A stretch of DNA of 64,000 nucleotides from Candidatus Bathyarchaeota archaeon (GCA_963717465.1 OY970340.1:1440001-1504000), one strand, 5' to 3'. Shown: positions 10,686 through 22,083, numbered from the stretch's first letter. Notes: a model not told the origin generated them from the sequence alone. Numbers and translations are program-made.

Positions 10686-10937
10686 TTTCTGCTATCCTTT
10701 CAGCTAAGACAGTTTTAATTATGGATGAAAACGCATTTGATGGCGTTCTAATAATAAACAATCTTACAAGTCATCGTACTTTTTGTAATTTAGCAAAAAT
10801 GAAACCTTTGCTCTTAGTTCCGGATTGCGTGAGAAGCAAACTTGAAAGCTCTATTAGAGATCATAACATGCTCAGCTTTAATTCAAACCCAAAACGAGCC
10901 TAAAAGGGATTAAGATACTGCTTGTATTTGCAAGTAA

Positions 10938-12068
10938 ATGCTAAGGGAACATTTAACGACGAGAAATAATTGTATGCTTAAGCAAACTGATTTATCACTA
11001 AATTTTTTGAATTGTGCTTCGCTGCTGCCAGATCTTCTGGATTATGAGAAATATGTTTCTCAAGATTTGCGGTTTGGCATGGTTGGTTTTGGGAAGATGG
11101 GTATATTACACAGCAGCATACTCAATTTGCTTAAACCTAATTGCGTAGAAATCATTGTAGATAAAAGTCGACTCATGGCGCTGAGCGCCTCTAGAATCGT
11201 TAGGAATGTCAAGTTCTATAGAGACTTGGACAAGATGCTAAGGACTAGTGATTTTAGCGCGATTTATGTGACTACTTCTGCACAGTCGCATTACCCTATT
11301 GTATCAAAATTGCTTGATAGTGGTGTTAAATATGTGTTTGTTGAGAAGCCTCCTACGGTAAACTTGACTCAGTTTTATTCATTGATCCAAAAGGTCAAGA
11401 ATGATCAAGTGGTGATGGTAGGTCTCCAGAAAAGATTCGCGTTGCCATTTAGACATGCGAAATTGCTAATTTCAGAGAGGGCAATTGGCGAAGTAGAGAA
11501 GGTATCTGCCTACATAAAATCCAGCGATATAATGGTGTCCACTTCAAGGTTTAACTCTATTGGCAGGGGAGTGAATTTGGATCTAGGCATTCACTTACTC
11601 GATCTACTGGTGTGGATGTTCAACGTGAACAATGTGGAAAGCGCTAGGTGCAGGACGGTGTACAGTGGTGTAGATGATTATTTTGAAGCATTGTTGAAGA
11701 ACCAAGATGGTCTTGAGTGTAACGTTGAAATGACATGGTCAAGTCCAGACCATCGCCTGCCAGAGACGTGTTTAGAAGTTTACGGGTCTAACGGGAAGCT
11801 TAAGGTTACCGAGGATTGTCTAAAGGTAAAGTTTGCGGAGGATCATAAGTTACTTAATAACCAGAAAGAGTTTGTATTTTATAAGCCACACTATTATCGA
11901 GACACACCGCCGGTTAACCTTGCTGACCCCGAATATACTTTGGAGGATATGCACTTCATTTGTAGCGTAGGCTCATCTGTGAGGCCTCTAACAGACTTGA
12001 GAAACCTTACCAAGGTCATGGGGCTCATAGATGAGATGTACAAGATAGCGGGTCAGCCAGCAAGCTAA
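10938..12068 (+). CDS. Gfo/Idh/MocA-family NAD(P) oxidoreductase
   Basis: GMVGFGKMG Rossmann motif, VFVEKP, DLGIHLLD. True start is probably about 40 codons downstream. Confidence 0.9.
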   Translation: MLREHLTTRNNCMLKQTDLSLNFLNCASLLPDLLDYEKYVSQDLRFGMVGFGKMGILHSSILNLLKPNCVEIIVDKSRLMALSASRIVRNVKFYRDLDKMLRTSDFSAIYVTTSAQSHYPIVSKLLDSGVKYVFVEKPPTVNLTQFYSLIQKVKNDQVVMVGLQKRFALPFRHAKLLISERAIGEVEKVSAYIKSSDIMVSTSRFNSIGRGVNLDLGIHLLDLLVWMFNVNNVESARCRTVYSGVDDYFEALLKNQDGLECNVEMTWSSPDHRLPETCLEVYGSNGKLKVTEDCLKVKFAEDHKLLNNQKEFVFYKPHYYRDTPPVNLADPEYTLEDMHFICSVGSSVRPLTDLRNLTKVMGLIDEMYKIAGQPAS

Positions 12069-12073
12069 TGTAA

Positions 12074-12994
12074 ATGATCCAGGAACTGTTGCTTGGCGAT
12101 AACCCGTTCATCGGGGTTAGCCACTTATCTCAGGAAAAGGCTAGGGCTGAAGTAAGAGAAGCGCTGCTGGAGAATAGGGCTAGAGTTGTTGAGGCTGCTG
12201 TTAAAGGTGGAGCGACTGGCTTCACTTTCTCCACTCATGAAAATAACTTGGAATTGCTGACGTACCTGAACATCAATAATAGCGAAGTATTCAACAAGTT
12301 GAATTACTACATCTTAGTTCCGTATGCGCAACTTTATGTCAGGAAAGCCAACATTGAGGGGACACCAGCCCTTCTATCATCTGTGTTGAGTGAAATAGCT
12401 CATACTGGAAAATCATCTATTATAGATGCAGTGGCAGCGTTAACAACATTAAATCCTGCGAGGCTCGCTGAACTTTTCATTGAAATTGAACTAAGTCCTT
12501 ACCTGAAAATTTTGCCTAAGAAAAATGTAAAGGCGATTTTGCTTCATGAGATTTTGACGGATCTTCTCTTAGCGCACGATCTTTTTGATGTGGTAGCAAG
12601 CGTCGGAAAGAGAATTAAGAAGAGGATAGGAACAGGCTTCGGAGTGGAAACCAGAAACTTTGGTTGCATGTTCAATTTTTTACTAACTTCAAATTGTTAT
12701 CCCGAGTACGTAATGACGCCCATCAACAGGCTGGGATATCAAATGGCTCCGAAAAGGGAGACGGTTGAGAAAAACATCAAGGATTTGACCGGAAAAAGCA
12801 AGGTTATAGCCATTAACATTATGGCTTCTGGAGCGTTAAGTATGGAAGAAACTATACAGTACTTGGCAAAATACAAGGAAAACTTGTATGCAGTAACATG
12901 TGCCTCCTCTAAACCCGAAAGGGCACTCAGCAACTTCAAAAAACTCTCTCAGGCTTTCCTACAAACAGAGCTTAAGACTGTCATTGTTGAATAA
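12074..12994 (+). CDS. Aldo-keto-reductase-like TIM-barrel hypothetical protein
   Basis: LLLGDNPFIGVSH N-terminus, MTPINRLGYQM and IAINIMASG resemble an AKR-like fold; 5 nt after the oxidoreductase gene. Confidence 0.6.
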   Translation: MIQELLLGDNPFIGVSHLSQEKARAEVREALLENRARVVEAAVKGGATGFTFSTHENNLELLTYLNINNSEVFNKLNYYILVPYAQLYVRKANIEGTPALLSSVLSEIAHTGKSSIIDAVAALTTLNPARLAELFIEIELSPYLKILPKKNVKAILLHEILTDLLLAHDLFDVVASVGKRIKKRIGTGFGVETRNFGCMFNFLLTSNCYPEYVMTPINRLGYQMAPKRETVEKNIKDLTGKSKVIAINIMASGALSMEETIQYLAKYKENLYAVTCASSKPERALSNFKKLSQAFLQTELKTVIVE

Positions 12995-13027
12995 AGGCCT
13001 TTTACGTCGCGAAAGGTTCTCTTGCGA

Positions 13028-14218
13028 ATGAATGTTTTGTTCGTGGCGAGGGAGTATCCGCCTTTTGAAGTTGGGGGGGTTGCAAGGCATACGTTCTGTT
13101 TAGTTAAGCACCTCAGAAGACTCGGTGTTTCATGTAAGGTCTTATCCTTCGGTGATCCAAGGATCATTCAAGAAGGCGTAGTATTCATCAAACCATCCAG
13201 CTCCGTTATAAGCAGGTCTAATCGTCCGTTAGCTAATGATTCGAAGGTACTGGTTGACATATTACGGCTAACGACTGCTGCTAAAAAACTTGTTGCAAAT
13301 GAGAAATTTGATGTTGTTCATGTTGAGGAACCCTACGTTGGGGCGTTCGTTACTTTCAAAAGGAAGATTACTACGATCCATGATACAAGTTATGGCGAGT
13401 TGAAACCTATTTTACGTGGTTCCCTTAGCTCTCCAAGCCTTAAGCGTGCCTTGTTCTATGTTCTGATGGGGTTTGGGTTTGAACAGGCTTGCGTCGCCTC
13501 AAGCAGGGTCATTATCACACCGTATGAACATGTGAAGGAAGAGCTTCTTCGTATATACAGGACGCCGAAGGAAAAGATTAAAGTGATTGTCAATGGCGTC
13601 GATGCATTGGACATTCCTGAAACTTGCAATAGCGAGAATAAGGTTGCAGCTAAGCGTAAGCTTGGACTGCCAATGACTGACCATCTAATCTTCACCACAG
13701 CGCAACACATTGCGAGGAAGCGTCTTGACACGTTGGTCGAGGCGGTTAAACTGTTACGCGGAAAAGAAGTGAAAGAATTTCACGTAGTAATTGGGGGCGA
13801 CGGACCTTTGAGGTTGAGCGTCATGGGACTCGTAAGAAAATATGGACTCGAAAAAGATATATTGCTTCCTGGCTGGGTTTCACGAGAACAGCTAGAACTA
13901 TATTACCAAGCGGCTGACATATTTGCGCTCCCTTCAGAGTACGAGGCTGGTCCGTTGACACTTCTTGAGGCTATGGCTTATGGCGTTCCTGTTGTTAGCT
14001 CAAGAATAGATGGGTTCGCTAGTCTAATACGTGATGGTATTGACGGCCTACTGTTTCCTGTAGGCGATCCCCATGCCCTTAGTGACTGCGTGAAAAAACT
14101 TTTACTTGATGATCCTCTACGTAGCCAAATATCTAGTTCAGCTAAGCTTTTTGCTCAAAGATTTGACTGGAAAACAGTTGCAGAAGAAACTCTGCGGGTT
14201 TACGAGAGCATGCAGTAG
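13028..14218 (+). CDS. GT4 glycosyltransferase
   Basis: EYPPFEVGG, RKR, GDGP, EAGPLTLLEAM, FDWKTVA. Confidence 0.92.
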   Translation: MNVLFVAREYPPFEVGGVARHTFCLVKHLRRLGVSCKVLSFGDPRIIQEGVVFIKPSSSVISRSNRPLANDSKVLVDILRLTTAAKKLVANEKFDVVHVEEPYVGAFVTFKRKITTIHDTSYGELKPILRGSLSSPSLKRALFYVLMGFGFEQACVASSRVIITPYEHVKEELLRIYRTPKEKIKVIVNGVDALDIPETCNSENKVAAKRKLGLPMTDHLIFTTAQHIARKRLDTLVEAVKLLRGKEVKEFHVVIGGDGPLRLSVMGLVRKYGLEKDILLPGWVSREQLELYYQAADIFALPSEYEAGPLTLLEAMAYGVPVVSSRIDGFASLIRDGIDGLLFPVGDPHALSDCVKKLLLDDPLRSQISSSAKLFAQRFDWKTVAEETLRVYESMQ

Positions 14219-15331
14219 ATGGAAACTTTTAAGATAGTTCAAGTGACGCATACATACCCGCCTTACGTAACAGGTCTTGCGCATGTAGCCGAGATGGTTT
14301 CTAAGAACCTGGTCAAGCAAGGGCATGAAGTGGAAGTTGTAACTCTTGATCCATCCCTAAAACTAAAGAAGAATGAAGATGATGACGGAGTATACGTGAG
14401 AAGGTTTTCTTGTCTTGCACCTTCAAACACATATTTTTTTCCGGATCCAAAAGTTGCATTGTATCTCAGAGATGTTAAAGCCGACCTTTTACATGCTCAT
14501 AACATTGGTGCATTGCTTGTTCCTTTTTGCTGGTTGGCTACTAAAAGCCGTCTTGAAAAAGTTCCTTTCGTGCTTTCGCCTCATCACCATTTTGCAGGAA
14601 GCACATGGCATACAACGATGTTTTGGATGCCATACAAGCCAGTGGCAAAACTTGCAGTCCGTTCCGCTAATGTAGTGCACTGTGTTTCAGAGTTTGAGGC
14701 TAAATTAGTCAAGGATGAGTTCGGAGTGATGCCTGTTGTAGTGAGCAACGGTGTTGACGATGACGTTTTCTCGTTTCGCTGTAACCCTAATAAGGACAGG
14801 TTAATTTTAACGTATGCTGGCAGGGTTGAAAAGTACAAGAGAGTAAATTTGCTAGTGGAGGCTGCTTCAAATTTGCTTACAAGAGGGTACGATGTCACCC
14901 TGCGGATAATAGGCTACGGATCAGATCTTTCTAATGTTCTTCTGCTCTCAAAACTTAAGAGCGTTAAAGTGGAACACTACAATTTCTTGTATAGGCACGA
15001 TTACCTTAAGCTTCTTTCAGAAAGCAGTTGCTTTGTAAACCTATCTCTTTACGAGGCATTCAGCATCGTTGTCGCGGAAGCCGCATGCATAGGTATGCCT
15101 GTTGTCGCTTCTCTTCCTTGGGGTAAAACTTTCAGTGGTTTCCCCAACGTTCTGCTAACAAAAAGCGATTCGCCGAGCGAGGTTGCTGATGCCTTATTGA
15201 AAGCGGTAAACCTGCCCATCGGAAATGACAGTAGAATTCTTTCGTGGCCTGAAATCACGCGGAAGATAGTTCGGCAAGTCTATGTTCCCTCTTTCTGTGT
15301 TCCCTCTTTAGCGAAGGTATCTTCTATTTGA
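14219..15331 (+). CDS. GT4 glycosyltransferase
   Basis: YPPYVTG, GRVEKYKR, EAFSIVVAEA. Confidence 0.9.
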   Translation: METFKIVQVTHTYPPYVTGLAHVAEMVSKNLVKQGHEVEVVTLDPSLKLKKNEDDDGVYVRRFSCLAPSNTYFFPDPKVALYLRDVKADLLHAHNIGALLVPFCWLATKSRLEKVPFVLSPHHHFAGSTWHTTMFWMPYKPVAKLAVRSANVVHCVSEFEAKLVKDEFGVMPVVVSNGVDDDVFSFRCNPNKDRLILTYAGRVEKYKRVNLLVEAASNLLTRGYDVTLRIIGYGSDLSNVLLLSKLKSVKVEHYNFLYRHDYLKLLSESSCFVNLSLYEAFSIVVAEAACIGMPVVASLPWGKTFSGFPNVLLTKSDSPSEVADALLKAVNLPIGNDSRILSWPEITRKIVRQVYVPSFCVPSLAKVSSI

Positions 15332-16428
15332 TGCTTCAGCAAGAGTGCCCGGCTGTTCCGCTTGAGATAGTTGTTAGGGGCATAGCTGCATACGCTGTTA
15401 GGTATGTATCCAGCGGATGGGTTTTTGATGAGCAATTTACCGATCAGCTGAGTTTACTTAGAAGCGATGAGGTGAAAGAGTTATCTCGTCTAATTGAGGC
15501 AAATCGTGTGACCGTTCCGGTCTATGAAGCGTTAAGCGAAATTGATGTACCTGCTGCAGGAGAACTGCGTGATAGTCTTAGAGCCGTTTATCTAAAGATA
15601 AAGGAGCATGGGCGGTATAGAGATACGCTGCTAAGAAGGCTTGTTGATGTGCTTGATGGCGGGGGCGTTGATTATGTTGTCTTTAAAACTTTTAACAGGT
15701 TGGGCTCGGTTGGTGTAGATATAGATATTCTTATCAATTCGTCAAGCTTTGATTTGTGCGTTGGTGCTCTTTTGGCAGACGGTTTTTTCGCCGTGGATGA
15801 TCTTGCTAAAAGGTACGCGACGGGTTTTATGATTAGAGGAAACCCTATCATAGTTGATCTGCATACTGAGCTTGCGGTTCTAGGCGTCAGGTACATGTCT
15901 CCTGACTTGATGTTGAGAAATAGACAACGCGTTTTGTTCCAGCCTAGCGATGGCTCTACTTCGTTTTCCTTAATCGTGCTTGAAAACACTATGGATACTT
16001 TAGTGAGGATGGCACACTCTGTCTTGAAGGAGGGGCAAGTCACAATAAATGATGTAGCCGAAACACTTCATGGTTTCTCAGGTAACCTAAACTTGATGAT
16101 GAAATATACTAATGAAGAAAACTTGCAGTTTGCAGCTTCGATTTTCTCCTCAGCCGCTCAGCACATGTTAAACGAAGAACGGTTCAAGCGTTTAATGATG
16201 TTCGATGAGACTCATACTCAAAGTATTGTTAGACGAATCTTAAATGATTCCCTCATGGGCTCCCTTCCTCCATTCAAGCTTCCAATAGCAGTGTGCCTAC
16301 TTGCGTTTTTTGATCATCTGAGGAGGAACGGTGAAATATGCAAGTATCTGCCAATACTCATATATTCATTCAAATTTAGAAGAAACGCCGCGCATCTTGG
16401 ACGAAAAATGCTTGAACGACTAACCTAG
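15328..16428 (+). CDS. Pol-beta-superfamily nucleotidyltransferase (NTP_transf_5-like)
   Basis: VVFKT, VDIDILI (DxD) and VDLH acidic motifs. Confidence 0.7.
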   Translation: MMLQQECPAVPLEIVVRGIAAYAVRYVSSGWVFDEQFTDQLSLLRSDEVKELSRLIEANRVTVPVYEALSEIDVPAAGELRDSLRAVYLKIKEHGRYRDTLLRRLVDVLDGGGVDYVVFKTFNRLGSVGVDIDILINSSSFDLCVGALLADGFFAVDDLAKRYATGFMIRGNPIIVDLHTELAVLGVRYMSPDLMLRNRQRVLFQPSDGSTSFSLIVLENTMDTLVRMAHSVLKEGQVTINDVAETLHGFSGNLNLMMKYTNEENLQFAASIFSSAAQHMLNEERFKRLMMFDETHTQSIVRRILNDSLMGSLPPFKLPIAVCLLAFFDHLRRNGEICKYLPILIYSFKFRRNAAHLGRKMLERLT

Positions 16429-16674
16429 CTGTTCCATGCAAAAGGGTCGCTTGCAAACTGAAAATCTTGCAAATTAATTCGTGTAATTGCAAATCAAATT
16501 CCCCGCTAAATAAACTGGACGATAAAAAGTAATGTTCTTGTTTTGTTCCTGGATTAGGAAAGGCTTCGAGTTTCCTCCTTCTGTCAGTTTAAAAGGGTTC
16601 AATTCTGCTCATAGTTTTGGTTTCAAGCGTTACTAGGTGGATTAGAGCGTAGAGCCTTGCTTGCAAGTTAAATC

Positions 16675-18423
16675 GTGTTCGTGTTAGGTGTTACATTAAT
16701 CTTGGTGAGTCTTAGCTTCACGGAAATTTTGCTTTTTGGGACTCCTGCACTTGCCGCTGTCTTCGTCTACTTTCTGTTAAAAAGAGGAGAAGGTGAGGGA
16801 TTACACGTCTCTAAAGGATACGACACAATACGTTACGTTCATTATTCATTACTTTTAGCGCTTTCATTAACAACGGTTTACTCTGTTTATGCTGATTCTA
16901 GACCCTTCATCTACTTTTTGATTATATCTGCGCTTTTCGTAACGAGCGTGCTTATCGGGATGAATCCAAACAAAAAAAGTTCTCAAGGAATCTTGTTCCT
17001 GACCGCCATTATATTAGCGGTCTCTGTACCTACAGCCATCATCGTGGGCAACAATTTCTATCCTTTTAACAGTTTTGGAAGCGAGTCGATTCTGCAAACT
17101 GGAAACATACAAGCTTATCAGAGCAGTGCCATGGCAGCGGGTGATTACTACTACATACCGATTGAAACACTGCTTGAATGCTCAGTAGCGCTGGTTACGG
17201 GACAGGCCATAATCGCCCCCTTCGTTTACGTCGTAGCTTTTTTGGTTGCAGCTGTCGCGGGCATTTTTATACTGCTTCGGAGACTAAGCCACAGTGCCCT
17301 AACTGGAATTATAGGCGTTTTCTTTCTCATGTCCATTCCCTCCTTAACTATCCTTGGTCGAATGCCTGCAATAGTTTATGTGATTTTCTACATCTTATTC
17401 ATGTTAATGATCTTCGAGTCGCACCATGCCTCAGTCATATGTCTCTGGATTGTAAGTTTGCCCATGATATTCATGCATCCATCTGGGCTTGTAGCCGTTA
17501 TCGCGCTTCTTTTGCCTCTTGCAATATTAGGGATTAAAAACTGGCCTGGCAAAGGAATGAATAGCCGTAGAATGAGGCTTTCTATTCTAACAACGGTTAT
17601 TATAGCTCTTGCATACTGGAGCTACACCTACTTGCTTTCATTTATGTCGAATGTAGGGATCAAGTTCTATTCAACTATCCAATCCTACTTCTCTGGGGTA
17701 ACAGTAAGCGGTATTGGGTCAAATTATGCTCCATTATATTATTCTCCAGGTTATGAGGTCTACGCTTATGCTTGGGCAATTCCAGCTGCACTTGCAGCAA
17801 CATTGTTAATATCAGTTATCTTCCAATTAATACGGAAGAAGAAACCTGAGCCAAGCCAGAGTCTAATAATAACTTCTGCTTTTACAGGTCTAGTTATAGT
17901 TATCATTGCATACTTATCCTATCCTAGAGGTGATATTGGGCAATATCTTATCCCCGTTGGATACTTCCTCCTATTATTGGCCTCTTCGGTTGTAGCTGCA
18001 AAACTTCTAACAAGTAAAAGGAAGAAGTTAGTTGTGATAGTAGCAGCAATGCTTGCTCTGTTTGTACTTGTAGGAACATTCTCGCCTGATTGGGCCCCTC
18101 TCGAACATCCAGACTTTGGAACCTCTGCAACCGTCTACCCATATCACTCTTATTTGGAAGCTGGAACAGTAATTCCTTTAATTCCCAAGAACGCAACAGT
18201 CTATTATGATTATGACTTTCCGATTGAAGAGGGTGCGTACAAGCCTGTTCGAGATGTAATCACACAGATTTCCACTGGAACTGACCCGACGGAGTTCGCA
18301 AACCCACCAGTCACTTTGTACGCTATTAGAGAAGAACGCTTTTCAAGTGGATCTGATCTAGAGAACTTCGACACTGTATACTCAAGCGGCTATCACAGAA
18401 TAATAGTATTGCAAACAGGCTAA
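16675..18423 (+). CDS. Multi-pass membrane protein (Wzy/GT-C-like)
   Basis: About 13 TM segments, an HP motif (FMHPS), soluble C-terminal tail (VYSSG); glycosylation-locus context. Confidence 0.65.
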   Translation: MFVLGVTLILVSLSFTEILLFGTPALAAVFVYFLLKRGEGEGLHVSKGYDTIRYVHYSLLLALSLTTVYSVYADSRPFIYFLIISALFVTSVLIGMNPNKKSSQGILFLTAIILAVSVPTAIIVGNNFYPFNSFGSESILQTGNIQAYQSSAMAAGDYYYIPIETLLECSVALVTGQAIIAPFVYVVAFLVAAVAGIFILLRRLSHSALTGIIGVFFLMSIPSLTILGRMPAIVYVIFYILFMLMIFESHHASVICLWIVSLPMIFMHPSGLVAVIALLLPLAILGIKNWPGKGMNSRRMRLSILTTVIIALAYWSYTYLLSFMSNVGIKFYSTIQSYFSGVTVSGIGSNYAPLYYSPGYEVYAYAWAIPAALAATLLISVIFQLIRKKKPEPSQSLIITSAFTGLVIVIIAYLSYPRGDIGQYLIPVGYFLLLLASSVVAAKLLTSKRKKLVVIVAAMLALFVLVGTFSPDWAPLEHPDFGTSATVYPYHSYLEAGTVIPLIPKNATVYYDYDFPIEEGAYKPVRDVITQISTGTDPTEFANPPVTLYAIREERFSSGSDLENFDTVYSSGYHRIIVLQTG

Positions 18424-18749
18424 GCAAATATGGTCCTATTGAATAATTAGTTAATGTGTTCGGCCCTAATTAGAATTGATTGGTAATTATAACGTGATCG
18501 CTTTAAAGCACGCCAGAACTCCTTCAAGTTTCTTGCGTAAAAAGAATTGTGAATGAACTTTACGGTCAACAAAAGAATTTCTATGAGCTTACTAGTTTGT
18601 TTTCAAGTCAAGGTTTTGTTATGACGTATCTAATCAAATGCTGCCCGTATCTATAATTTTATACCTAAGACTTGTGAGATTGAATAAGAGGAAATGGATG
18701 CTTCATTTCGAATCTGCCAAGCGACTGATAGTTTGTAGATGAAACGACA

Positions 18750-19566
18750 ATGCGCATTGGTGTTATGGTACCTGCATATAATGAGGAAAAGAACATATCT
18801 CTTTGTCTTAAGAGTCTTCTACGACAGACTCTTAGACCTGTTCAAATAATAGTGTGCGATAATGAAAGTACTGACAATACTAGGCAGATCGCTGATCAAA
18901 TTCTAAATAAGAGTAATATTTCATTTCGTATAATTTCTGAAAGGAAGAAACCTTCAATAGAAAAGGGCAATATTAACTTCGTTTATTGGCGCGCGAGCAA
19001 ATATCTTCAAAAAGACCTTGATCTTGTGGCATGCCTAGAGGCAGATGTTGTTCTCGATGAGAAGTATTATGCGGTTATTGCTCAAGAATTCAAGAAAGAT
19101 TCAACTGTAGGATTGGCCTGCGGCATTTTATTGCCAGTGGGGTTCTCAAAACCTTTTCCCTTGCCTGAGCCTTATAAAATGACCTGGGGTGCAAATCGTG
19201 TATATGGGCACTCTTGTTGGTTAGATGTGAATACTGCAATCGACTTACGCCTCTTGCCCGCATGGGACACCGACCAGAACATACCTAGCATTTCTCAAAG
19301 GTTGGAAAATAGCCCAGTTTAAAGAGGCGATTTCTTGGCATCTACGACCGATTAATCCTGATCGAGGCATCGCAAGGGGAATTAAATATCGATGCATAGG
19401 TTATCCTATTTGGTGGATTATGTATAAGGCACTTAAAGATTTTGATCTAGGTTTGCTTGCGGGTTATACCCTCAAAACACTTTGGGGTACTCCTGATTTC
19501 CCACTGAAGAATATTTACCAACAAGCTATAACTTCTGAAGTGAAAAGACAAATTAAGAAGCTATAG
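18750..19566 (+). CDS. GT2 glycosyltransferase, single frameshift near 19284
   Basis: VPAYNEE, DNESTD and EAD motifs. The +1 frame continues LAFLKGWKIAQFKEAISWHLRP..KRQIKKL to TAG at 19564-19566. Confidence 0.8.
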
Positions 19567-19681
19567 CGAGTTTAGGGTGTAACCGTGCACAGAACATGCA
19601 TAGCAAGTTGAGGCGCACTTTAAATGATGATAGACCCAATCATGCATAACATCATTGAACACTTAATACAAAAAGACAAGT

Positions 19682-20560
19682 TTGGCACAAATGAATATCT
19701 ATCTAATTAGGCACACATTTTTGAAGCTCTTAGATGGCAAACTAAGGCCGTGTAATGATAGTGCATACTTAAAAATAGTATTCAAGAGTTTTAGAACTAT
19801 TGCATTGGCAGCTTTATCGCAAATTAACTCAATTTTGTTCGTAAAGCCAGATTTGTGGAAAGAAGTATTTGCAACTTCAAAGTGTTTTCTGAACGCCACA
19901 CAAGATGGCTTTAAGTTTATGATTAGATCAGCAGTTGACTTTCAAGCCGCAGATCTTCTGCACGAAAGAGAAGTAGCAAGTGCTATACTGAATCTGATCA
20001 AGAATTCTAAAGTCTTTGTAGACATTGGGGCAAATATTGGATGCTACACGGTTCGGGCTCCTAGTCTCATGAAAAATCTTTGCGTAGTATTAGCTTTTGA
20101 ACCTCATCCATTAAGTTTTGCATTATTGAAAACAAATCTTCGGCTTAATTATTCGCCCGTTTCGCATCGAATAAAACTATTTAACTTGGCACTTGGGTCA
20201 TTCGACGGCTACACAAAACTTTATGCGCCACCCGAAAGCTTGGCTCAGGCATCTACGAATCTGAAATTTATAGAAAAAACACGAACATTCAGTAATTATG
20301 ACGTATACTATCCGAAATGTTGTAGATTGGATTCAGTAAAAGTTTTACGTGAACTGGACTGTATAGATTTCATCAAAATTGATGTTGAAGGAGCAGAATT
20401 AGACGTACTTAAAGGGGCAAGTCAAACATTAAGAAAAGTTGAAAACATTGTGATAGAGACTGATCATGAAAACGCTGTATGCACTCTTCTAAGCAAGTTC
20501 GGATTTAAATTGCGAAAAAGATTCCATTCGGGATTTTACTTATATTTCTCCAAAAACTAG
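19682..20560 (+). CDS. FkbM-family SAM methyltransferase
   Basis: FVDIGANIG, AFEP, KIDVEGAE. Confidence 0.9.
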   Translation: MAQMNIYLIRHTFLKLLDGKLRPCNDSAYLKIVFKSFRTIALAALSQINSILFVKPDLWKEVFATSKCFLNATQDGFKFMIRSAVDFQAADLLHEREVASAILNLIKNSKVFVDIGANIGCYTVRAPSLMKNLCVVLAFEPHPLSFALLKTNLRLNYSPVSHRIKLFNLALGSFDGYTKLYAPPESLAQASTNLKFIEKTRTFSNYDVYYPKCCRLDSVKVLRELDCIDFIKIDVEGAELDVLKGASQTLRKVENIVIETDHENAVCTLLSKFGFKLRKRFHSGFYLYFSKN

Positions 20561-20963
20561 TTATAGATCTAAAAGCTCACAGCTCAATTAGCAGTCATTT
20601 GCTATAAAACGAAGAAGAATACACGCTCAAAGCATAATTGTCTTGGAGCCATTTTGTCTAGGATGCATTCACAACAAAGATTGTGTGGTCTTTCTTGGAG
20701 ATACAGAAAAGGAGCAAATTATTCCCTTAGGAATGAATTAGTTGTCATCGAAATGTTTCCTCACTGATAGCATTTCCTCGATACAGCATGCTGAAAGTCA
20801 AATTCTCTTCATTGAAGAACGGTTCATCAAAGATGGGGAGAAGACTATTTCGAACATAAGGCATGCATGGTATTCAGGGCATATAGCTGAGAGCTTAGCG
20901 ATAACGTCATCTGCAAGCTCGTCTTCGGATTCATCCCCGAGTTCTTGGATCGCCACCACATAC

Positions 20964-22022
20964 ATGCCAAAAATTGATAGCGCATTGCCTGAAGTTTGTA
21001 TAGTTGTACCAACTTACTTTGCTGGAAAAGTGCTCAGAGATGTTCTTGCTTCAATATGTATGCTGGATTATCCTAAGGATAAAATAGATGTTTTTGTTGT
21101 CGCCGTTCCTAACGATGAGGAAGCCTATTTTCATGTAAAAGAGACAGAGGATCTTTATAGACTGAAAATAAATTTTTTGACAGTAAATGCAGCAAATGTG
21201 GATATTCAAAGAAACTACGGTATTAGACTCAGTAAATTCGAACACGTTTTGTTAGTTGACGACGATGTGGTTCTTGACAAAAATGTACTAAAAAGAGCCG
21301 TTAGAATAGCGCTAAGCAACGAAAATATAGCTGCCGTTGTTTACCCAGTCATGAGCGATAATCCCTCTCTAATCGAGAAGCTTCATCATGGAAGATACAT
21401 GGGTGCAACGCCAAACACATATACAGTGATGCCTTGCTCTCTCTTTAAAAGAAGCATTTTATTAAAGGTGGGTCTCTATCGCGAAGATATGGGTCCTCCA
21501 CTTACAATTCACGAAGATTGGGAACTGGGCTCAAGACTACGAAAACATGGTTTCAAAATAATCGTTGATGGGTCTGTAGTTCAGAAGCATTTAAATTCGT
21601 TGCGAAGAAGCTTTTCAAAAACGGATTTTAATAATTCTACAAGTATTGATATCATGACTAGGACAAGACGAGGAGTAGCCTTACTGTGGTCATATGCAAG
21701 TTCCTATATGCAGTGTAATAGTAGGACTTTTTTTGGGGTTATGAAGTCCAGTCCCTTGTTGCAACAGATGGAATACGCTATCTACTTCATGATGCCGCTT
21801 ATAGGTTTAGGTTTGTGCTTTTTTAACTTGCTCTACGCTTTGATCTACGTGCTATTCCTAATTGTTGGTGTTGATATCCACAGTTATGTTAATGGCTACT
21901 ACAGGCTTTTCGGCCTAATAAAGCGCCTAACATATCCAATCGTACTAACTACTGTGCGGGTTGTTAGAACATACCTGTCGTTACTCGGCTTACTTAGAGA
22001 AACAATTGTTGAAACGTCATGA
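20964..22022 (+). CDS. GT2 glycosyltransferase with C-terminal TM helices
   Basis: IVVPTY, RNYG, LVDDDV, HEDWEL. ATG at 20964 preferred; the upstream in-frame extension looks non-homologous. Confidence 0.85.
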   Translation: MPKIDSALPEVCIVVPTYFAGKVLRDVLASICMLDYPKDKIDVFVVAVPNDEEAYFHVKETEDLYRLKINFLTVNAANVDIQRNYGIRLSKFEHVLLVDDDVVLDKNVLKRAVRIALSNENIAAVVYPVMSDNPSLIEKLHHGRYMGATPNTYTVMPCSLFKRSILLKVGLYREDMGPPLTIHEDWELGSRLRKHGFKIIVDGSVVQKHLNSLRRSFSKTDFNNSTSIDIMTRTRRGVALLWSYASSYMQCNSRTFFGVMKSSPLLQQMEYAIYFMMPLIGLGLCFFNLLYALIYVLFLIVGVDIHSYVNGYYRLFGLIKRLTYPIVLTTVRVVRTYLSLLGLLRETIVETS

Positions 22023-22083
22023 ATAATGAAGTTATGTTTTTATGGCTTCTTATTTCGGGAAATCACCTGATTGCGTTAAGTAA

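Noticed and set aside
10682..10903. 73-aa ORF after the Thr-rich peptide
   Set aside because: No recognisable motif or RBS; it cannot be supported.
15328..16428. Lasso-peptide cluster suggested by the NTP_transf_5-like gene
   Set aside because: No lasso cyclase, B protein or PqqD-like gene is present in the window.
20742..20963. Ser-rich N-terminal extension of the GT2
   Set aside because: Not GT-like; the GT2 domain starts at ATG 20964.
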